Shown: positions 1 to 15,100 of the stretch, one piece after another
How the letters are laid out: the number at the start of each line of letters is the position of its first letter
How positions within the stretch are numbered: position 1 is the first letter of the stretch
From: Ascidiella aspersa
Taxonomy: Eukaryota
DNA length: 64,000 bases
Assembly (NCBI GenBank): GCA_963924565.1
Contig: OZ004608.1
Span: forward strand, 15,314,001-15,378,000
Direction: 5' to 3'
Position numbers and translations under genes: made by a program
The notes under the pieces: generated by a model
What the model was told of the DNA's origin: nothing
The model's database searches: none
Seen by the model: only the letters and a program-made list of their open reading frames with translations

Positions 1-394
1 CTGCATCAATTATGAATAAAAACACACCATAACCTACATATTTGTATTTTAAATGCAAACAACTCGCCATGGTATTTCTTTTTACGATTGTTAAATTGCC
101 ACTTTTTGGCGTAATTACATACAAGACGTTAATGACGTTAAAAAAACGCAGGTTCTATTCAATCTTAGTTTTTCGCAAAGCAATTACTTGACATGCTATG
201 ACTCGCGTTTGTTTGAGCCGCGTGCTTAAAAATATTCTGTTTAAATACTTGGTTATATATTTTACTTATAATACTTAATATATATTTTTTTTTTTTTTTT
301 TTATATTCAAGTTCAGTTGAATTGCCCTTTTGTGCTATATTCAAAATTGTACAATTAGCGGATACTGACTAGCTGCCTTGATGTCCGTTGCCAG

Positions 395-3300
395 GTTGCA
401 CAAGTTGACAGCTATATTGTGAGAGTTGCCGCCATTGACACGATGAACGATATTGTGAGACGGTTTGGCATAAAGGGCTTGGTTTCAAATTTAAACAAGG
501 ACGATGAAACGGTTAGTCAAAAAGTAATTTCTTATCAACAATCGACTGGTATAACTATTAGAGGCAATATTAAACTTTCACGTTAATCCTTCATCCACTA
601 GTTGATTTTATTGCACGTATTTAAACGTTATTTACAGTAATCCAAACGGAAGGAAGCTGTCTAAACGGAAATGTATCTTTAACCACGTTACATAGAATGA
701 TATAGCATATGCAATATACATGTTTTTATCCACGTTACATCACATTCTGCGTTCTGAGTAGTATTTAACCACCGCATACTTTGCTAATTGTAATAAACTT
801 GACCCCTAATTGATCTAATAACAATTTATTCATGCGTTTTAAAGGAGGACGATGCATCAGAAGTAAGTGAAGACGAGGAAGATATCGGAGCAACCTTAAT
901 GGCAAAAATAATGGAAATGCTTAATGATGAGGTAGTGTTCCGCGGTTTGCATTTTAGTTTAAAACCTAATTACAAACGCGATTATCGCGCAATTATTTGT
1001 AGAGAACTTATCTATGAGACCATGTTCTCGATCCGTTACTTTTAAACTTGTTTAACCTTATTTAAAACGATACGACATAATTTGCCCAACATTTTCAAAT
1101 TGTAATGCGGGATTTGCTTTTATTTAGACAAATCATAAATCATTCTAATTAAGCTTGGTATGTGTTTCCACAACATAATCTCACCCGCCAACAAAACACA
1201 TAATACTGACAATAAAAGTAAAAAAATTGAGAAGCGCACCGCTTCGATCTACAATCAGTCGGCAAGGTCAAACACCTTTAATATAACTATATATATACTT
1301 AAATGAATCAGTCAAAATAAGATAAACTAATGATGCCTTTGATTTATATGGAGAAATGATTTTATATATTAAAGTTTTTTTTCAATATCAAAGTTGTAGT
1401 TGGTTCAGGAATTTTACGGCTGAAGGATATTTGCAGGAAGACGAAGTGCGGCAAGCGTCGGTGTGTTTTCTGTCGCGTGTCTTGGTGTCTCATCGAGTCC
1501 TGTCACCGGCGGTCGTGTCTAGGCTCATACTACTCTGGTATAATCCCGCCACGCAAGACGACCCGACCTCACTGCACATGATTAGCGACTTCCTTAACAC
1601 GTTTCCATACATGTCCAAGTGAGTTGCCTTTGTTTAATAGTGCCGGTTTACGTTATCATTTTTCGCTACTGAAATCTTTTTTTTTCTTGCTCAACCCTTG
1701 TAGATTATTATGAAATCTAGATCGCACATTTGTGTTGATTACAACCTCTATCGACCTCTCCTTGTTTAATTAAAAGCAGTCGATGTACCATCAATGTGTG
1801 CCGTTATTATTGGACAGTGCGATTTTAGAATGGCAGATCTGTGTGCAGTAAATGTATAACTACGAGTTGTAGAATTAAAACCTTTAGTAAAGTTTACACG
1901 TGTCGTACTGCTAGGGTGTTGCAATCAGCCCGAAGCATTGTCGTGCGACAGCGATGCCACTGTTTCTGCGTAGCTCATTGAGTAGTTCGTCAGCCCTAAA
2001 GAATGGGGCCTTGAGCACGTATTACAAGGCATGCCAGCCTTTTCTAGCGGTTAAGTAAATTCTTGACGGTCACCTGAATTCGCCTATGATTTCCGAAAAA
2101 AATAACGGTTAAATTTACACACTCCCTAATACCGTTTGCCATAGTTGTCAAATCAACAGTCACGTTGATTGATTGCTTCTATTCTCAGGGAGGCGCACGA
2201 GTGTGTGGAGGCTGCCATCCTTCCTATCTTACGCGTTCTGTTCAACGCCCCGCCCACCTCTCCTCTCGCGTCCGTTAACATCAACAACGTGGCCGAGCTT
2301 CTAGTCAGCTTAACCTCGCCCTCCATCATAGTGAAAGCCGACCTGAGCAACATCTGCGAGCACGATCGCAAATGGGTATTCTGATCGTTTGATCTTCTCC
2401 AATAGATTTAGTTACCAAAAATACTAACAAATGCGGTATAAAAAACACAACTTGCCGAGGCATTTAACGGCACCGGCTTAGCCACTTTTGTGGGTTTTTA
2501 AATGTTTGAAGTGTACATGTACATGGTTAAAACCATTTTTTTTATTTACTTGTTCGTGAACTACAGTTTATTTTCACAAACCATTAAGTCAATGACATGC
2601 CCCCTCCGCTATCTACACTCTACAGCAGGGGTTCTTAAACTTTTTTTACCGCGGACCCCTAAGTTTTTTTTTTGGCTTCGCCTGAACCCCGGGAGGCAAG
2701 AAATTTTAAAAACGACCTCACAATCAACTAGACTTTTAGAAATAAGCTGATGATTTAACTTAAATGAAGTCTAACTACATTCAGCTGTAAAAATTGATTG
2801 CTTATTAAATATACATTAACTATTCAATTTTATCTCCATGGACCCCAAAAAATTAGTTCACGGGCCCCAAGGGGTTTATGGACCCCAGTTTAACAACCCC
2901 TGCTCCACAGTACCCTTGTAACATTAAATTTATTTTTTTCATTAAAAGTTGGAAGAGGGCTCAGCCCACGACGACCTTGCAGTTATGATCGCCAGCGAGG
3001 TTTTGTCCGAAGTTCATTCGCCATACGTCAACACGCTGTGTAAAATACTTCCAATGCTCGAGCTGAACGTACGGCAGTCGACCAACCTTAAAGACATCAT
3101 TGTGCTGTGTGAAAACATGCTCAAGGTAGAAGATTTTTCCTAGAAACATTTTCAAAATGTCTCCACCGGTCATTTGTTTTGTCAAGCGTAACTTGCCAGT
3201 GAAACGAAAATTGTAAAAAATATCAATCAAAAGAAAGGGTATGTTTATATCAAACGGGAGAAAAAGCTTAAATTAAACAAGTGCAGCAAGTAGATTGTTT

Positions 3301-5297
3301 AATTATATTTTTTGTTTGGAACAAAACCATTTAAAAAATTCCCTAAAAAATATTGAAATACGCCCTTCACAACAATCGAATGTTTAAACACGCTGAACAT
3401 AGTTTAATGTGTAACAAGTCAATCTAAAACCATTTTTAGGAAGTGAAGGACAGACCGGCGTTGAAAAATATCAAGAAGTTCCACAGCCAAGTTCAAACAC
3501 TCGCCAAACACATTATTCCTCAAGTGAAGTTTGACAAAGACAGCAAGGAAAACGAAGGTTTCCCGCAAGGTAAATGCCTACCAAACCTTGAAAATTAATG
3601 GATTAAACCAGTTTCGTCCATAGATAGACATTAGGGCTTTACATATTAAACAATTTATCTAAAAACAGTTATGTCCCACCTTTTTAAAGTGGTGCATTCA
3701 TTTCCTTCTCTGTCAAATGAACTGAAGATGATACAAGCTCGTATCTTATCGCCTTAATCAAGATTATGTCGATCTACTCGACCCTTTTGGCTTCATTATT
3801 AAGCTACATAACAGATCCGTGCTTACTGCTTAGTGTACCCAATTTATATTTTAATAACCAAATTTTCAGAATATTATATATATTTTGTAATGACAATCGT
3901 GAAAAACAAAAATATATTGCTATAATATCTTTCTGCATCGTTTTTTACTGTAGTGTATACTACATATTTTTCTTACCTGGTCACCAATATTTAACTGTGT
4001 AACAGATTAGGTCAAAATTAAACCATTGTTTTAATATAGGGGCGTAAAATGTGAAGCTAATTACTGAAAATCAAATACATTTATTTAATTTACAGTTTTG
4101 GCAACACGACTTTTCTTTTAACTACTTTTGTCCGTTGACTGACACATTATTTTATTTCTATCACTTACTCATCCTACTCGTAACATTAATGTTTACTATA
4201 CACACTGTTCAGGGTTGTCCCCGAAATTGCACCAGACAACAACACAAAACTATATTTTTTTCTTAAGACTTGTACCAAACAATCTGCACCTAAGCCTCTT
4301 CCAAAGGAACCTTTTATACTGTCTGTGCGATGTTTCTATGTATCTTAAAACGCTATATATATCAGGGTGGTCCAAACCCAGGCCCGCGGGCCACATGTGG
4401 CCACATACTTATTCGTTGCCCGTGAACCACTGTTAAATTATTGCAGAGTTAAATCAAAGAAATCTAAGTAACCGTGAAGGCATACTGCAATTGTTTGGTT
4501 ATGATTACATTTTTCTGGTTATACGGTTAAATAAACGAAAAATTCGGACCTAATTCGGATCCAGGGATGGAAAGAACGCCTAACTTATGTGTTAGACCGG
4601 TTTGAGAGAAGCCGCTTAAAGTTTTGTCAAATACGCATTTTTTTTCAAGTCTCATAAAACTCGATTTCATTTGCGCAAAAGTTCGACGATAGCAGCAAGT
4701 TTCTACTTATACATGTCTTCGACGATACCATCATTTTTAAACATTTTATGTCTCGACTAAACGAAAATCGTTGATCCGCTCCTGGTACGAATGCAGCCTA
4801 CGTTGTGTGGCCCGCGAAGAATATGCAAGAAAAATTGTGGCCCGCGAAGAATATGCAAGAAAAATTGTAGCCCGCGATGTTGTTAACCTTGGGCCACCCT
4901 GATCTATATAATGTCGATCATTGTGGCTAATAAACATTACTTACAGAGGGATGCGCGTGTTTTACTAAATTGTGTCAAGGAGGGCTCACCCCAAACCTTT
5001 AGGAACCCCTGGATTAGATAGAAGTTCACCAACAGTATCTCTATTTCAGATGTAGGCCTGTTTGCTGTACAATACAAATGTAAAATTCTGTGCAATAAAA
5101 ATGTAAACACACGCCTTGATTGTTTTGAAGTTGCAACCCCAACTGAACAAATCCCTCTATCGCAACGAAGAACGCCGAGAACGAAATCGAAGAACTTAAG
5201 AACTTTTACTTCCCCATTTAAAACACCTCGACCGGTCACTCCACATATTGTAACGCCGAGGAGAAACCTGACCATCGAGATGAACTCCTACCAATGA
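395..5297 (+). CDS. NCAPG: Condensin I subunit CAP-G, 3' portion (5' exons lie upstream of the window)
   Basis: In-frame GT-AG exons 395-511, 845-931, 1437-1618, 2189-2375, 2949-3125, 3440-3569 and a probable last exon 5131-5297. Peptides SRLILLWYNP, NAPPTSPLASVNINNVAELLVSLT, HDDLAVMIASEVL and EVKDRPALK match the recalled vertebrate CAP-G C-terminal half. The last exon is TP/SP-rich; its acceptor could alternatively be at 5050. Confidence 0.9.
2626..2902. mobile_element. hAT-type MITE
   Basis: TIRs caggggttcttaaact / agtttaacaacccctg; 8-bp TSD ctctacag / ctccacag. Confidence 0.88.
4363..4901. mobile_element. hAT-type MITE with an internal 30-bp tandem duplication
   Basis: TIRs cagggtggtccaa / ttgggccaccctg; TSD atatatat / atctatat; subterminal ggcccgcg motifs; duplication near 4806-4865. 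Confidence 0.85.
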
Positions 5298-5574
5298 ATG
5301 AAAAGCTGTAGTGTGTAGTAAATTGAAACAAAGACGCTGCTGTAACTGCAGCGTTGAAGCGAACGATATTTTTTTTTTTTATAATGTTGCTCTATTGACG
5401 AAATTGTTTAACCAGTTGTTTGCTAACGTATACTTAATTGTTTATGATTCAGTACTTAATGGACTCGGGAATGCTTGCAAACTTGGATTTTTTACCAAAC
5501 GCAAGATTTAACGTTCCATTTTGAAGTTCGTGCAAAATATTTTTTTAGTTTATACTGGCACCAACCTTTTAAAC

Positions 5575-5819
5575 CTGTGGTTTCCAACCGGGGTGCCGTT
5601 TTATAACTCCTTCGGTGCCGAGAGACATTTTAAATTCTTTCTGATACCCCTTTGTGCTCTATTGGTGAGCTTCTAGTTACAATAAGAGTGAAACAAAGCT
5701 GTTTTTTACCTCTTGCACAATTCGTGTGTATTGTTTCAAGTTAGTTTATTATGGCTAGTTAGACTTCCGCGAACTATTTATATCTTATGAAGGGTGCCCC
5801 AAAAGGTTGGGAACTACTG
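5575..5819. mobile_element. Degenerate hAT-type MITE
   Basis: Ends ctgtggtttccaacc / ggttgggaactactg; TSD poorly preserved. Confidence 0.55.
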
Positions 5820-6406
5820 TTTAAGGTGATGTAAACATCCAGACTCAAACGAACTGTATACTTCCCGCATTGGCTTGACTTAATGAAAAAATATATTTGC
5901 ACGTTGGTGGAATCAAATCGTTAATATATATTTTTATTGTGTTGTTCAACCTGGATGATTATTATGACATGTGTATGTTATTACTTCCACAACAATTAGT
6001 TAAAACATTTTGCTGTTCTTTAATAAAAGAGTTAAGCAGTTTGTTATTAAAACGTCTCTTTGTGTGCGGAATAGATTAAAAAAAATAGTTTGATCAACAA
6101 AAACTACCCCAAATACCTTTTTGCAGGTTTATTTTGGTAAAAAATTGCAGGACAAACTCTTCTTTTCGATACAGTTTGACGAATGTATAAAGACGGGCTT
6201 TTATTAGTCAAAAATTTTCTATACATAAAGATGGATTACTTATTTGAAATGCTTACTACAATGATTCATAGCAATATGTCTAACAAAAGTAATCAACAGA
6301 GTTCACTTTGGAGGTATGACACACAGACAAGCTCTCTATGTATCCAATCATGTAGTAATGGTAAAAAACTGTAAACCCAATAATAACCATTTTGTCTTTT
6401 AGGGTT

Positions 6407-8703
<2,297 letters not shown>

Positions 8704-9164
8704 GCTATGGGTTCTTGTAAAATAGAGAACAAACCAGTACAAACAATCAAAATAAAAACTTGTGTTTTAAAAGTATAAAGGTAAAGCTTTCTACCAGGGT
8801 AAGTCCCTGAAGCAATAATACTATGAAACCTAAACTACAACCAACTCGCAGTGTAAAAAATGAAAGTATATTACGGTGCATCTGATATATCAATTTTAAT
8901 TTCTTATATTCCTAATATTTTGGATGTACCTTATCTAGTTATGTTTTTAACAACACAAATAATTTAATTTAGTTCATAAACTCAAAATAAATGTACGTTA
9001 AACTAGTAGTATTTAGCACTATGAGATATGCCTTAGGTGTCAATGTTTTCTCATTGTCTGACACGTGAATGTATTCATATTCGTAGTTATTTCATATTTC
9101 GAAGTTATACTTGTATGTGTTTGGCATCGCCAACCTTTTGACGTAGGGGAAATATCCAGTGGTA
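8704..9164. promoter_or_regulatory. Short divergent (bidirectional) promoter region between RNF113A and SDAD1
   Basis: Only 461 bp separate the two head-to-head start codons (8703 on -, 9165 on +). Transcription start sites are not visible. Confidence 0.7.
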
Positions 9165-12100
9165 ATGGGAGGAGCTAATCAAATTCCAGACAATTTGCCA
9201 CAACTTCAAAATTTAATTAAGCGAGATAAAGCTTCCTACAAAGCAGAGGTACTTTCTATTAACTGTATAGTCTTATTCAGTGGTTCTCAACCTTTTATAG
9301 AGCCAGAGCCGCATTTCAAACCTAAGGTTTGCAAGGAGCCGCATAAAAAACAACAGTAGGCATATAATTAAAATCATTAAGAAAGAAACAAGAAAACAAC
9401 AAAAATACATTACGCTAGCCTAGGCTAACTAATTATCACTGTTGAAACAGCTATTTCTTATTGCCATAGCTTGTCGATCAAGACTAAATATATTATGACG
9501 TCACAAACCACAAAATTATTTTAAAGACCCGAACGGAAGTACCAGGGAACATAAGTACTTCCCGGGAACAATTAGTACTTCGTACTCAGGATCCTTGCTG
9601 ATCAAATTCATTCACTTTTATTTTCTTTTACTTCCTTTGTTGCAATTCTGCTACTGCTAACTAATTTTTCACTCCGTTAGTGAGAGCCGCAAAATGTACA
9701 GTTGAGAGCCGCATGCGGCTCTGAGAGCCGCGGTTGAGAATCACTGGTCTTATTAAATTGTTTATTGCTTCATGAAGATATTTAAAGTAACTACTAAAAA
9801 GTGTAAAAATTGTTATCAATTAGGAAAGAAAAGTGTTTATTGATTAATTGACATTTTGTATATTGTTCAACGCCTGTCATTATCTGAATAATGTGGTAAT
9901 TTTATATGTTGCTGTTCATAAATGCTTCTTTAAATTTCTCAGTTTGAGCAACAATATCGTCGCTATGAGTCAAACCTTCAGGTTTTTCTTTTGCAACCCA
10001 AGGAAGATGCAAGCACGTTATGTGAACTTGTCATGTTCATTGCACAGGTGTTGTTGGCAATACACTTTATTAATCCTATTTTTTTATTGCAAAAAATATT
10101 ACCAATTTAGCTGTGTTTACTTCTAAAAATACTTCACACATTCGTTAATTCTGTAATGCAATTGAATATGTTCTGTAATGCAATTGAAATAGCTATATAA
10201 TCTTTTAGTTTTGTTGAGACATTCAGGCACTGTTGCCTAGGTCAATCCTTTGTTTTATGTTTTGTATTTTTAGGTAACGCATTGTTATCCAGATGTGGTT
10301 AAGGAGTTTCCTCAGCAGTTAAAAGATGTACTTCAGAAACATATGCTTTCACTAAATTCTGAAACTCGAATGGTACAGTAAACAAATCTGTTTCAATGCT
10401 TGAAAGTTTACTTTGTTTTGAAGATGCTTTTTCTGTATCCATGTAACATTATTCAAAAACTGAATGTCAACAAAGCAATTGCAATTTTATATTACAGACT
10501 TTATGTCGAGCTTTGATGATCTTACGGAATAAGAATCTTATTACCCCAGCTTCTTTGTTTGAATTGTTCTTTGAACTTTTCAGATGTCAAGACAAACTAC
10601 TAAGAAAGGTGATAATATTATTTTCCTTAAAAGGTAAAAAAAGTCTGCCACTCTTAAAGTTTAGAATTTTTTTTAGCACTTAAATTTAATTTGTTACTTT
10701 TTATTTAAAACTATTTCGTTGAATATTTATATTAATTGCTATTATAACTGTTTTAATTTCAGACGCTGTTTAATTTTATTGTACAAGATGTAAAAAAGTT
10801 AAATACTGGACATAAAGATAACAAACTTAATAAGGTGGGTTGGTTTTAGACATTTTTCTCCTGAATATACAAAATGTGTTTCATACATAATATGCACTTC
10901 TTATGTTTCTGCATATCTAAATGTTCATAAAATGTTTTTTTTATTAAAGGGTCTTCAAAACTTCATGTACACAATGTTGTCTGACAACAATGCCACGGCT
11001 GCCAAGATGTCATTAAATGTCATGACCGAATTATACCACAGAAAAATATGGAATGATGCCAAAACTGTTAATGTGATTAGCACAGCCTGCTTTTCAAAGT
11101 TTACCAAGGTTGTAATAACTAGTTTATTTTTATTAACTGTATACAGCTACTTATACAATTTAAAGTTTATTATTATTCTAACAATTCACTGCGGCATTTA
11201 TAATTAATCTTTAATTTATTTAGGTACTAGGAACAGCTTTCAGATATTTCCTAGGACAAGATCAGCCTTCAGAAGAATCGGATTCAGACTCTGAAGAAGA
11301 CGGACCCAGCGCAAGGGATATTATTATAAGGTAATACCGACAACCAGAGAAATGTTTTTTTTTACGTCTAACAAATTGTTTCTATTGCACTGGCAGGAAA
11401 CTCTGATAGATTTGTATTACAAAAGTTCTTAGGATTTGTTTTCTCTTTGCTTATTTAGCCGTAGCTGTTTATATGTGGTAAAAAATTCTTAAGATACACG
11501 CAAAGGTACATATTTTTCCAAAAAAATGTTTGATTCATAGAGTCCGAATTTCAACATTAAAATATAAAATTGTTACACTTTATTTTTATTGATTTTAAGT
11601 AAGGAGTAGTAGTGTAATTCAAGGAAAACTTGTTAGCTAAATAGGAACTTTTTTCCACAAATATTTTTGCAATATACATTGACACTGGTTTGTGGGAAAT
11701 ATAGAAAGCACTTTTTTGTTTGTCTTTTGGTTGCAACTAATGCCAAAAACGTTTGTTTGTGGTATTATATGAACTTTGAAACAGTAATGCCAAAAGGGGG
11801 TTGATACAAAATGACTACTTATGTTGGTAGTGATGTTTTTGAAAGTTGGCTTAATTTTACTGTTGTGTTGGTCTAGCATGGACATATTTTCTATGTAACA
11901 TGGTTAAGTTCACAAAATATATTTATTTAAATTTCTTAATATGGCAGTATTGTTTAACTATTTAAATATTTTAAATCATATTTCTGAACATTTATACAGA
12001 TTTGCTGTTGCGAAGAAAACCACTCGGGCCAAACAAAAAAGGGACAAAGCCTTAAAAGCCTTGCACAAACATAAAAAGAAAACAAAGAAAAGCAACACAG

Positions 12101-15100
12101 ATTTCTCAGCTGTTCATTTGCTATATGACCCTCAAGGTAATGTTTTCGATAAATAACACTCTGCCAATAACACAAACACAAGCAGTTTGAGAACTTTTGG
12201 AAACACTGCAGTTTGTATAATGGAAAATAGTTATTTGTGTTTTCAATCTATTTTTAATGTATGTTGCACTTTCAGGTTTTAGTGAACGCTTATTTAAGCA
12301 GCTTCAAGGTTCAAATGAAAGTTTTGAAATACGGCTTATGATGATAATCGTCATATCAAGAATTGTAGGAATTCATCAATTAATGCTTTTCAACTTTTAT
12401 CCGTTTCTTCAAAGATTTCTGCAACCCCATCAGCGAGGTTAGTGAAAAGCTCTTCTATAGAAACAGTCTTGTTTATATTTTCGTTAAAATTTGTTGTACA
12501 CAGGGCTTCGGAGTCCGTTAAAAACACAATAAGTCCCGGTATAAAACTAAAAGTCTAGTGCATGTGAATTGATTTTAAAAAATTGATTCATCTTTTTTTA
12601 ACTGGGTAAACAACGTGGATCACTATTGTACAAATTACTACGAAAAAGATTGTTACTGAAATACAAAATCACACTACCTTTCGCCTCGTAATTTGCTATA
12701 CATGGCCGACGATGATGTATTTTATGAATTCACTTTCTCTACAGATGTCACGAAGATCCTTCTGGCGGTCGCCCAAGCAAGTCATGAGGTTGTTCCGCCA
12801 GAGATTATTTATCCGCTGTTGATGACGATCGCAAACAACTTTGTGTCAGAGCGAAACTCCAGCGAAGTTATGGGAGTCGGGTATGCAACATTTCCATACG
12901 GTTTCCGTTAGTTAGATTTATAACACAGAAACAGTTAATAACGAAAATTGCTGTAAAACATTGGAATTAACTATATTTAAACTACATGGAAGAGACTTTT
13001 ATCAATTAAAGCGTCTTTAAAACTTTGGTTTGTAACATTGTTCATACCAAAGACAGATAGTTTACTGATTAAACATGACTTAATGTCGTGTGCATGGATT
13101 TGTGTTATTATCTGTGGACACACAACACTGAATAATAACATTTTACTTTCGTAGTTTAAACGCCATACGCGAGATTTGCTCTCGGTGTCCACTGGCCATG
13201 ACCGAAGAGCTGCTCCGCGATCTGACGCAATACAAGACGAAACACGACAAAGCAGTGACGTCTGCCGCTCGATCGCTGCTGCAACTTTACAGGAAAGTCA
13301 ATCCCGCTTTGCTGCTCAGAAAAGACAGGGTAAGTGAATCCAAATCTTTTTGGGCCACACTAGAAACAAGCTGGTTTGAAATTTGACAACAAATATTACA
13401 TTTAGGGACCTGTTTAGAGAAGTAGTTCTGAAACTTTGAACCGAGGCACACTAGAGATTTTTCAAGTGCTGCTTAATTTTTTATAAATTAAGAAAATAAC
13501 ATATTCGTTTAACAAATAGGCATGCAGGCGAGCATGCATGCTTGGATGCACACTGTCTTTTAGATTACTAATAGTAATATAGCGCTATTTAACTATTATT
13601 TCCTGGTATTAGGGGTAAAAGTAAAGTTCTAATAGGCTATTATTATTTTGTATAAAGTGAAGCACTTATTTTTTATTTTCGTAGTTTGACTCAAGCTAAA
13701 AAAAGTTTAAAAGCCACTCGTTTATTGTGTGAAACGTTGGATTAATTGGCCACACTTATCAGGCTGTATTTCCAAACACTGTTTCAAGTTTAGTAATCAT
13801 TCGGGCGGAACTGTGTCAAATACGTCAATCAACTTCAGTAGATCGGCATTGCGTATCTAACTACCGCCGCGAACATACAACAACTCGTGAGAATCTTGAT
13901 TGCGAATCAAGAATACCACGAATTGGTTTATTCGTGGTCACCGGCTAAATGACAGTTTGGGATAGAAGCTCGGACGGGAGTAGTGCTGTTTTTCGAGATT
14001 AAATAATCGAACTAGTTATCATTGTACTTGAGTTGTATTTGAAATACAATTCAAAAATACGTTATGATACCATGTGAGGGTTTTGCATTAGATTGTTATT
14101 TTTTGGCCTTTTTTGGCTTTGTGTTAACAATCGTTGCATTACCATTAATATAAAACGAACGTGTTTGAGAGCCTGTATGTCTGTCCCTTTACTCTATATT
14201 TTTCTTGGCTACCTTAAACTACCATTAGGTTATCCACAGGCGCTAAGCTTACACACTGTATTTCCTTCAAAGTGTTTAAGATCCGAAGCAAATTTATTTC
14301 GCATTTATTATCTTGTCGTCTAGTTTCATTGACCGACGTTTCTGTGACTCTAATTTTAACGTTGAAACAAATACAGTAATGTCTACTTTCCTTAAAAAAA
14401 ACGTTTTATTGCCATCTCACGAATCACGCCTAACATTCTTTTAAAAGATTAGTTACTTTTGCCGACTAACACTTAAGGCAGGGGTTCTTAAACTTTTTTT
14501 ACCGTTGACCCCAACAATTTTTTTTTTTGACGTCGCGTGGACCACCATATACAATTTTTTTTAAATGACGTCATAAATTGACGTCACAATACAAATAAAC
14601 TTCATAAATTTGTTGACTTCGGTCTAAAAATGTGAAAGTGAAATGGAGTTTAAATACAGTCAGTGCAAAACCGTTTTGTTTGTAATTAAACTGCTGTCTT
14701 TGAAAAAATGATTACTTTTTAAATATACACTACTATTTCGATTTGGCCTTCATGGACCCCCTAAAACTAATTCACGGACCCCCCTGACATAAGGGTTCTT
14801 TTTGTACTGTAATACCCTGTTATAGTTAACTGTGTATTCAATGCTGATCTAAAGTATTTTAAAACGTTCATCCGCCTATGAAAGATAACCCTTTCATCAA
14901 TACAACGTTTAATGCAGGGTAAACCCACCGAAGCTAGTCGTGACTTGAAATGCACAGCATACGGTGAAATTACCAGCAACGATTTTCTGCCTGGCTCCGA
15001 AGTTCTGCCAGAAGAACCCGAAGAGTACGAAAAGAATCAAGGCATGTCTATTAGCTCTTTAACTTAACAACTGATAAACGCAATTCGCCGTTTCTAGGAT

